Made by a program: the position numbers and the translations under genes. A stretch of DNA of 58,542 bases, filler included, from Squatina squatina (Eukaryota): assembly GCA_031763465.1 (NCBI GenBank). It is 3 parts of 3 records of this genome, joined end to end, with 100 filler letters (N's around TTAATTAATTAA, not from the genome) between each part and the next. Parts side by side here need not be neighbours in the genome. Positions count along the whole stretch, not along the records: positions 42,382 to 58,542 come from JARFOE010000016.1; 2 more parts are not named here. One strand, 5' to 3'. This document shows positions 49,294-58,542 of this stretch, in pieces (position 1 is the first letter of the stretch; each line of letters opens with the position of its first letter). Below the pieces are notes generated by a model. That model ran no database searches. It had not been told where the DNA came from and was given only the letters and a program-made list of their open reading frames with translations.

Positions 49294-52200
49294 NNNNNNN
49301 NNNNNNNNNNNNNNNNNNNNNNNNNNNNNNNNNNNNNNNNNNNNNNNNNNNNNNNNNNNNNNNNNNNNNNNNNNNNNNNNNNNNNNNNNNNNNTCAGACT
49401 GCGATCTTGTTGGGGCAGAATAGAGGGAGCTTTACTCTGACTGCTCATCTACCGAGAGCACCAGAAGGGAATAAAGCAGAATTTCCATTTTGCTTACTGT
49501 AGTGAACTTAAAAAAATTTATTCCCAATAACTAAATGTATTTGTTGATTTATTTAATTTTGAAATAAGTAGTAAACCTCCTACAGACTCATGCCCTATGA
49601 GGATCAACAGTGACCAGCTGAATACTTTGTTTTTTTAGTGTTTCTCTACATACTAGCCATTGAAGGAAATGCCTTTCCACTATTTGTTCTATTGGGGATG
49701 AATGATGCAGATAGAAGCACCTCATTCATCATTTACGCAATGATTATTTTCACCTTGATGCAGTCTCTGTTTGGATTCATGCTCTCGGTTTCAACATAGA
49801 TTCCTGGACGTAGCGTGAAATGTAAATGCTGAAAAACATTCAGCCCTTATGAGCTGAAGACATGGTGCTCCTTTTCTAACAGTCTGTCAACTTCATACGC
49901 TTAAGGTCAACTATGCCCGTGTATACTTTGGCAGGCTTAAGTCGTGGACTATCAGATTACTGCACTAAAATGTAAAGATTATAGCCCTTCAGGTCTTGTT
50001 GGCACATGACAGTCCTGAGCAATGGCCTTACTTGTGCAGAAAGTAATACCGGTAAGGAATTCCAAAAACAAGAAAAAAAAATGAAAACAGACAATGCATA
50101 GACTTGTCGTTGTTGCTGGAAAAATACATCCTTAATGATGAAAGGAAATCTTAATCTTAATTTTGTAGCTAAGTGCTCAGTGTCATTAGTGAAAAGTAAA
50201 ATATGAAGAGGCTTTGAAACTATTTGGCAGGGAAGTATGACAATTCAAAAGGAAGACAAGATACTTTAGTTAGGAATTTGGCTCCAGGATTATAAACAGT
50301 TCAAAAGAATGATATATCAAGCCTAATGAAATTAACAAAAAGGCAATGGTTTCCCGTCTGGCTGTACTTTTATATATTGTTTTTTGTTCCACACATTTTT
50401 CTTTTCAATATTAACAGTTCAAAACTTGACTCTGGCCAGAGAGATAAATGTCATTCTACCAAGCCCTTCCCCACCCCTACATAGACTTATGGTCATAGAT
50501 CCCCAGAGAGGGCCAACTGTAGCCTTCTTGTATCACTGACACTGGTGGCCTGGTGGGAGGCCAACACCACACTGGAGGAGGACTTGTCAGTCCTCTCCCC
50601 GCTATGATGAGGCAACGACCTTCCAGAGGTTGCAAGCAGATTCAAGCTATACAAGTACTTCCAGTAGCATGACGACAACTTCAGCTTCACACAACAGGAT
50701 CTCTTCCATTACTTCCAAATCCAATACTTCCTCCATTTTCTTTGCCATACTTCCAACACAAAGTAACCACATTAGAATTGACTAGAATTGACTTGAATCC
50801 TCCACTTGATACTGTCCTCCATGACATCAGAAGATACAGAAAGCTCCTTAGAGCAAGACTAGGGCCACCTATTTCCTGTGGAAGACTGAAAAGAGGCAAT
50901 GATTTTGAAGTTCAGGTCCAGAACAAGATGAGAGGACCAGATCAGAGTTCTTTGTCACATGGACATCACAGCACACAAATTTCCAAGGGATACTGACAAC
51001 TGAGCACGGGCAGAAATGGTTGTTCCCCTGCCACCAACCATTCTGGATAGAGGTTCTGGGGCCACTGAAATCATAAGTGACCATACCAGTACCCCTTGCC
51101 TGCTTGGCCAGAAGAGCAAAGGTCTTCATGGCCTACAAGGCTTGCACAGTTCTCACCCACACAAACATTCAGAACAAGCACTGGTGGGACACTTACGAAC
51201 GAGATGAAGTGATTCATAGGTTGTGCCGATAACTGAGAAAATGCTGGGATGTGTGAACCCTATTTTTGCTGGCGCACTTCAATAATCCCTCTCAAGTCCC
51301 CAAAGCCAATGTGAGTCTGGCACTGAGGGCAGGTCCCAGCACTCATTATTCCCCTGAACTGCCAAAGGAGCCATCAGTGTCTAAACCCAGTGCACACTGA
51401 GCCACTATCCTCCTCACACAACCTTTCCCAATGGCTAATGCCTCCAATGAACGGAACTGTGTCAGACCCTCAATGTCTGTAACTGTGAGTACAGTGTGAC
51501 CTGTGAAGTACCATGTATTCTGTACAATATCTGAGAAAGCAAGTCAATATTGTTAAAAAACTGCTAAAAGGATTATTAATCATTTTGATGACTTTCTAGA
51601 ATGAAACAACTCCAATTACTTATATTTATATAGCGCCTTTAACGTAATAAANNNNNNNNNNNNNNNNNNNNNNNNNNNNNNNNNNNNNNNNNNNNNNNNN
51701 NNNNNNNNNNNNNNNNNNNNNNNNNNNNNNNNNNNNNNNNNNNNNNNNNNNATCCAATTGAAAATTTCCAAAGGCACCATTTTATTTTGCGTTTTGATGG
51801 ATGCTGTTGTCAATCAGGTTTACTTGCTTTTATCTATGTTTTCATTTACAGACGATGCCAGCCCTGTGTGGCGACTGGTATTCTGACCTTTCCATGTTGG
51901 CGGTGTGATTCTGATTTCAGCTTTTGTTGCTTGTCGGTGCAGAAGTAAGAAGTTGAAAATTAAACCAGGCAGTGTTTTGTTTCTAATTGTATGTTACTAT
52001 GAGAAACACATTCAAAAATGTAACAGGTCAAATTCCTGTGATATTTGTTCAGTCTCGGTAAGAGTGCTGTGGTTATATTTAGACTGGGTAAAATGTTTCT
52101 GCAACAGATGACAATTTATTGAATGCAACTTCAAGGCCAAAGTATCTCTTCTGAGGCCAGTGGCAGCAATCCAATTGGTCTGCAATCAGATTAAGTTCCA

Positions 52201-52404
52201 CCGTTTCTTGCCTTAGTAACAATGAAAGCAATAAAAAAAAAATGAACACAACACCTGGTGGAAACAGAATCCAACTTAGTGAGCAGTAGCTTACAGAAAA
52301 TTTCTCCTCACGATGTGGGTCTTCCTAAAGTATTTTGCTTCAGATGCTTGGTGTCCGGTTTAACTTAGAAATTTCCTATCAGGCCTGTCCAAAGACAACT
52401 TTAG

Positions 52405-52575
52405 GAAAGTCCTTTAAGTTGCTCCTTAAAACGTACCTCTTTGACCAAGCTTTTGGCCACCAGTCCTGATATCTCCTAGTGTGGTTTGCTATCAAATTTT
52501 GTCTGATAACGCTCCTATGAAACACCTTGGGATGTTTTACTGCATTAAAGGTGTTATATAAATACATGTTGTTGC
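52405..52575 (+). mobile_element. L2 LINE 3' end (a reverse copy lies at ~46128-46245)
   Basis: ctccttaaaacgtacctctttgaccaagcttttgg...tatataaatacatgttgttg. Confidence 0.8.
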
Positions 52576-52937
52576 ATTTTGTAGGTGGTTGACTCCAGAT
52601 TTTGCAATAGTTTCCCAGAAATGGCCACAGACACTTTCATGAGTTATTTTGCAATCATTTTCAAATAATTAAATTGCATTTTATTTGCTTTGTTATTCAC
52701 TACAAAAATCAAATCAAANNNNNNNNNNCTTGTATGGCTGAAGACTAACATTGTTTACAATACAAAGATTATAAAAATTATCAATATGAATGGTCAGCTG
52801 GTGCAGCTACAATCAATATAAAATGATCACCAATGCAATATGGAACCTAGCCTCGGAGCTAAACAAATTAACAATGTCATGCTGGGTACTTTTCCGCTCT
52901 AACTAGTCAATGCTTCTATTTCAAGATAAATTCATAA

Positions 52938-53205
52938 GTCAGCTGTGGCTCAGTTAGCAGCACTTTTGCCTGAGTCTGAAGGTTGTGGGTTCAAGTCCCA
53001 CTCCAGAGACTTTGAGCACAAAAATCTAGGCTGACACTCCAGTACAGAGCTGCCATCCTTCAGATGAGATGTTAATCTGAGGCCTTCTGCCTTCTGAGGT
53101 GGACATAAAAGATCCCGTGGCATTATTTCAAAGAAAAGCAAGTGAGTTATCCCCCATGTCCTGGCCTAATATTTATCCTTCAATCAACATCAAACAAAAC
53201 AGACT
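52938..53205 (+). mobile_element. Same SINE family, 5' two-thirds
   Basis: tggctcagttag...gggttcaagtccc...cagatgagatgttaa...aaagatcccgtggcattattt. Truncated by a gap. Confidence 0.8.
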
Positions 53206-54047
53206 NNNNNNNNNNNNNNNNNNNNNNNNNNNNNNNNNNNNNNNNNNNNNNNNNNNNNNNNNNNNNNNNNNNNNNNNNNNNNNNNNNNNNNNNNNNNNNN
53301 NNNNNNNNNNNNNNNNNNNNNNNNNNNNNNNNNNNNNNNNNNNNNNNNNNNNNNNNNNNNNNNNNNNNNNNNNNNNNNNNNNNNNNNNNNNNNNNNNNNN
53401 NNNNNNNNNNNNNNNNNNNNNNNNNNNNNNNNNNNNNNNNNNNNNNNNNNNNNNNNNNNNNNNNNNNNNNNNNNNNNNNNNNNNNNNNNNNNNNNNNNNN
53501 NNNNNNNNNNNNNNNNNNNNNNNNNNNNNNNNNNNNNNNNNNNNNNNNNNNNNNNNNNNNNNNNNNNNNNNNNNNNNNNNNNNNNNNNNNNNNNNNNNNN
53601 NNNNNNNNNNNNNNNNNNNNNNNNNNNNNNNNNNNNNNNNNNNNNNNNNNNNNNNNNNNNNNNNNNNNNNNNNNNNNNNNNNNNNNNNNNNNNNNNNNNN
53701 NNNNNNNNNNNNNNNNNNNNNNNNNNNNNNNNNNNNNNNNNNNNNNNNNNNNNNNNNNNNNNNNNNNNNNNNNNNNNNNNNNNNNNNNNNNNNNNNNNNN
53801 NNNNNNNNNNNNNNNNNNNNNNNNNNNNNNNNNNNNNNNNNNNNNNNNNNNNNNNNNNNNNNNNNNNNNNNNNNNNNNNNNNNNNNNNNNNNNNNNNNNN
53901 NNNNNNNNNNNNNNNNNNNNNNNNNNNNNNNNNNNNNNNNNNNNNNNNNNNNNNNNNNNNNNNNNNNNNNNNNNNNNNNNNNNNNNNNNNNNNNNNNNNN
54001 NNNNNNNNNNNNNNNNNNNNNNNNNNNNNNNNNNNNNNNNNNNNNNT

Positions 54048-54275
54048 TCAACCATTGGTGGCCTCGACCCCAAGCTCTGGAATTTCCTGCCTTTCTGCCT
54101 CTCTACCTCACTTTCCTCCTTTACGACGCTCCATAAAACCATCTCTTTGACCAAGCTTTTAGTCACCTGCCCTAATTTCTCCTTATTTGGCTCGGTGCCA
54201 AATCTTTTGTCTTTTAATACTCCCGTGAAGTACTCTGTCAAAAGCGCTATATAAATACAAGTTGTTGTTGTTGGT
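54048..54275 (+). mobile_element. L2 LINE 3' end
   Basis: accattggtggc...aagctctggaatt...ctctttgaccaagctttt...gcgctatataaatacaagttgttgttgttg. Confidence 0.8.
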
Positions 54276-55317
54276 TGACTTAGTCAATTGCTTGTCTATA
54301 GATGTATAACCATTACCATTCCTGTCCTTGAGTATTCGTTTTCTCAGTTGCTTACACACGTAACTGAGCAGTAAAAGAAAAAGATAAGTAAAAGACTCAA
54401 CAAATCCTCTGATTCCCGTGACATGTGTACGCTTCGGTCTCTCCAAAACTATTTTGATGTTATCTGAATCTGATTATCTTTATTGAGTTTTAGCTTTGAG
54501 TTTGTACATGGCATCTTTCCATGGGAGGTCTAAGCTGTGGTTGTTGGTGGCTTCATCAACCATGGACATTTGTACCAGTCTATACTGCTGGTAGTTTCTT
54601 TATTGCTTTACTCTGCCTATGTGGGCATTCTTCTGCTACCCTGGACATACCAAATGAGAAACACAACCATCTATATCTGCTAAATGAAGCATCAAACATA
54701 GTAAGATCGGAAATCTTTTCATCCATGGCTAGGCACCAAAATCAATTTTCTGTGTCCAAAGTAATGAATGATTTTACATGGCTTAAATCTGATATTATTT
54801 CCTCTTTATAGCACTGTTCAAATCTCTAGGATTGATGCAGAATCTTAGTGGGAAGTACAACAAAATAATAGACACTTAACTTAAATATTAGTTTATGGGC
54901 ATGTTGGTTCTATATCCATTTCTCATTGCTCTGGCATGTAAGAGCCAGGCATAAAGCAAATCCCAATTTGAAATCTGGATTACTAGCCAATGATAAATAT
55001 CCTGGAGTTCATGGGAAAAAAAAGCAATAATGTAAAGATCTCTGCATTTAAGTATTTAAAAAAAAATTNNNNNNNNNNNNNNNNNNNNNNNNNNNNNNNN
55101 NNNNNNNNNNNNNNNNNNNNNNNNNNNNNNNNNNNNNNNNNNNNNNNNNNNNNNNNNNNNNNNNNNNNCAGTTTACCATCACAAACAGGCATTAGACCCC
55201 TAACACCCATGATGCGCCCATTTAGCGCTAGCGCCGGAGTGCCAATTGGCCGCCCCTGAACCAGTGCAGGCCATTGTATCATGTGGTTTAAGGAAGCAAT
55301 GGCTGAAAAATCAACAA

Positions 55318-55335
55318 TGGCGCCACCTAGTGGCA
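55318..55335 (-). promoter_or_regulatory. Candidate CTCF binding site
   Basis: Minus strand reads TGCCACTAGGTGGCGCCA, a close match to the CTCF core CCAC(C/T)AG(G/A)(G/T)GGCGC. Motif evidence only. Confidence 0.55.
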
Positions 55336-57294
55336 TTAATCATGACTGTTTTACACAGAAATCTTAGCCCAGAGCCTGTGCAAGTGTGAAGGGTATAAAG
55401 ATGTGTAGACCGTAAACTCCATAGGAAATTATCAGTGGTACTGCAGGTGGGGTAGGAGAGAAATTGGTTCCTGTGGCGAGCAACTCATTGGAAGCAACCA
55501 ATAGAGATATAAGAATAGAGAGTTTGGAGTTTTGTTTGATTACCATTGGGGTTCAGGAGCTATTTATTCAGGACTTTAACTCAGGAGATTAGAGGGTGTG
55601 GCAGACTCTGTGGAATGGTTTGTTGAAGAAGCAGATTCAATGCGCCAAATGGACATTCTTTTCTTCATGCTCTCATGAATGGCACTATAGGTGGTTAAAA
55701 ACTTTTGCTTAGAAAGACTATTAGCTATTGACTGATCTCTATACGGTAGTAAGTACCAGCCTCCACTCACTGTACCAGCAGAAGATTTCCAGTGTGCAAT
55801 ATGTGATGAAATTGTACATCTGCTTATAAAGAAAGGGTTTATGTTTAGTTACACACTGTGTACAAAAGAAATCTTCTCTCACTGACTCTGTGCGATACCA
55901 GAACTGACTAACGCACTGGAGGAAGGTCATTTTAGGCGAAGATTATTATAAAACAAACACTTTAAGTATCTGGCTATAGCTGCAGTTGTCTCTCAGGTTA
56001 CAAAGGTGAATATAAGTGTGCAAGAATGTCTANNNNNNNNNNNNNNNNNNNNNNNNNNNNNNNNNNNNNNNNNNNNNNNNNNNNNNNNNNNNNNNNNNNN
56101 NNNNNNNNNNNNNNNNNNNNNNNNNNNNNNNNAAAACAAGGATGAAAATTATCCCCATGATAATGCAGCCTTCGGACAAATAAAAGAGTGGCCATGTGGG
56201 AAAGCTGATTGAGGGCTACAGTGGCCATGGACTTGTAGCACAGTATCTCCAACAGAGTAGGTTAGAACAATGAAGGAAAATTTTGAAAAAAAACTGTGCG
56301 ATCACATGGCACTGTACAACAAGCTTTCATCCACCTTGGGAATCCCTCAATCCAGACTTAAGGGTTGCTGCACCTCAGTCTGGTCAAATCCAAGGGAAAG
56401 TTTTATTCAATTGACCACCTCCGTTCTCTTCCGGCATACCTTTGTACAAACAGCAATGCGTATTTAAAGAAATTCTAGCTTTAAAATGTGTTTTTGTAAA
56501 TAATGGAGAGTGCATAGGTACGGTTACCAAATCTGGAGTACACAAAGTGATTGAAAGAGAAGGGACCAAAGTCAGGTCAGTACCAACCTCAACATTGAGT
56601 GCAAAATCCATTGTTCTTGAACTTGGTACTTTATTTTTTTTTTATAAAGAGAAAAGTGATGTTGTGCCTGTAATAATAATGCTCATACTGTTGTAAGGTC
56701 ATCAAAGAACTCTTAAGAGTAACTTTGTCCTTCAATGATTGAATGCAGATCAGCTAAATCACATTGTTTGTCAATCACGAGGGCCTGTCCGCAGGGGGGC
56801 CGGGGGTGTAACCGAGACAAGCACAAAAATAGTGGTCAAAAGTGCTTTGATGCTTGCAGTAAATCTCTATTGCATGAAAACTCCAATTCTCAACGTCGAG
56901 ATTATTGTAGATAGTGGTGGGGAGCGGGAAGAGAAAGAAAAAAATAGATGAGAGACAGAAAGAACGAGAAACATGAGATAGACAGACAGACGGAAAGGAA
57001 ATGAAGGACCTTTTGTAGCTTGTGGTTAACTTTCATCAGAGTACACAAAACTTTAAGAGCCAAGGAGTTGCGCTGAAATGTGCAATCATTCTGAACAAGC
57101 AGCAGGACTCTTTCTCCTGATGTGTGTCTTGGAATAATTGCTTTCACATGTGCCAAAAGAAGCTAATTTTTTTTTTTAATTTATTAAATATAAAAGCAGA
57201 GTGGTTAAAAATAGACATGACAGCCAAAAGGATCCCCAATTATCTTATTTCTTTCAGATTTTGTTGAGCGACCTATCTTTAAAACCAAACTCAC

Positions 57295-57669
57295 ATATTC
57301 GTCTTTTTGCTGGGACACTGCCAGCGTCCCGTTGGGTGCAGCGGGGATGTCCGGAGATTTCTCCTTTGCCACCTTGCCGTTGGTAAATTGTCCCGTGGCT
57401 TCGGCCTTCGGCTGCTGCTTAGCTTCCTCTTTGGCACCACCCACTTGGCCAGGCAGCGCCACTTCTCCAACTCCCAGCGTGTCGGTCTTGTACTTCCTAA
57501 CAAACTCCTCCATGCCTTTCACCTCGCTCTCCAACAAAGCATGGCACTGCAAGGGGTCCTGGTCGTAGACCGGCAGCTGCCTCATTAGTTGCCTACGGCG
57601 ATAGTAGGCCCCTTCCGTGCCAGCAATCGGCTGCATTTCCTTCGGAATGAATTCCATATAATGAATAGC
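57295..57669 (-). CDS. LMCD1: LIM and cysteine-rich domains protein 1 (dyxin), PET-domain exon plus linker (375 nt, phase 0 to phase 0)
   Basis: Strong pyrimidine tract ending ccag and donor TAT|gtgagt. Translates [75 protein letters not shown]...KDEY. The motifs QLPxYDQDP and [11 protein letters not shown] fit LMCD1 better than TES or PRICKLE. Confidence 0.92.
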
Positions 57670-58542
57670 CTGGCGGGGAGAGAGAGAAAAAAAAGAGACT
57701 TTTCTGATGTATAACAACAAACATATGGATTTAATTCCTGTTAAATTAAAGCCAGAATTTAATTATATTGTGTNNNNNNNNNNNNNNNNNNNNNNNNNNN
57801 NNNNNTAAGTTTCTGCTTTATACATGTTTTACAAATATTTTCTTTAATATTGTAAAATTTTACTATAAATGGTAATAAATTATTGCCAATGGTGGTCCCT
57901 TTATATTACTCATTCTGAAGCATTAATGGAATTCTACAAATATTGTGGTGTTTGGAACATTCTCTGCTGATTACACTGTCCACTCCTATTAAATGAAAAA
58001 TCAGTTTCTCAAAAAGCGTTGCTATTCATTTATTGAGCCTGATTTACTCTACAAAAAGCCACGCTGATTATATTTGTACGAGTGTCCCATTAAGAAAGTT
58101 CTGGAATACTATATGTGCAATTAAAAAAAGATTTTAATAACTCTTATTAACATTTTAACGAGACATTTTTTTGGCACGAAGAGCACACCAGACTTATACA
58201 TGGGCTGCATAAGATTTCAAGTAGTTGGAGTAGAGTAACTGGACAGGAATTTACTAGTATAACATCAGGAAATATCATTCTTGGCTGTTGTCCAGGCATG
58301 TCGAATGAATAAATAAATAATTGGAACAGAATTCCCAATCCCACATTGAATCTTGGGCTTCCCTGGGAAAGGGGAAAGAGATTAAGTCAGTAGTTCTCTG
58401 CTCTCTTTGCAGCTTCGCTTCCTCTGCATCCAGTTCTCTTCAGGTAACAGCTGACTCTGCCAAAACTGCTTGAGCGCATCTCGTGGTAAACGATAGTCCA
58501 GTGCTTGACTGTGTCGGTATGGTAATGCACTCAATGATGGGG

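Noticed and set aside
50493-51207. Cluster of overlapping 60-90 aa ORFs
   Set aside because: No recognisable motifs or splice signals. Probably old repeat-derived sequence.
51852-51990. Good acceptor followed by short open frames (e.g. DASPVWRLVF*)
   Set aside because: All three frames are short and unrecognised, with no way to choose between them.
56384-56440. Possible alternative LMCD1 terminal exon (VCRKRTEVVN*)
   Set aside because: Weak acceptor, no LIM cysteines and no other support.
58380-58542. GC-richer, stop-poor sequence at the window end
   Set aside because: It is truncated by the window edge, several frames are open, and none matches the preceding LMCD1 exon or anything I recognise.

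Overview
This is vertebrate genomic DNA from a heavily gapped draft assembly, most likely a shark or other cartilaginous fish. That taxon call is an inference from the SINE, CR1, L2 and Harbinger repeat content. The window is not one locus. Two artificial linkers (N44-TTAATTAATTAA-N44 at 14391-14490 and 42282-42381) join three separate scaffolds, and each scaffold is further broken by many 10-N, 100-N and longer gaps. Scaffold 1 (1-14390) holds two consecutive, phase-compatible astrotactin-2 (ASTN2) exons. The intron between them contains a decayed Harbinger transposon, a decayed DIRS-type retrotransposon and CR1 pieces. Scaffold 2 (14491-42281) holds one WRAP73 exon (-), one DHODH exon (+), several unassigned candidate exons, a ~2.9 kb 32-bp minisatellite, MITEs (one hAT MITE has a perfect 8-bp TSD) and LINE/SINE debris. 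Scaffold 3 (42382-58542) holds one LMCD1 PET-domain exon (-) and several clean GT-AG exons on both strands that I cannot assign to a gene. I see no prokaryotic system, no CRISPR array and no intact transposon ORF. I found no clearly novel biological system. The best leads are the orphan exons (one contains a strong hairpin), the WRAP73/DHODH juxtaposition (probably a mis-join) and the fossil DIRS and Harbinger elements. All gene and repeat-family calls come from remembered sequence similarity, not from database searches.
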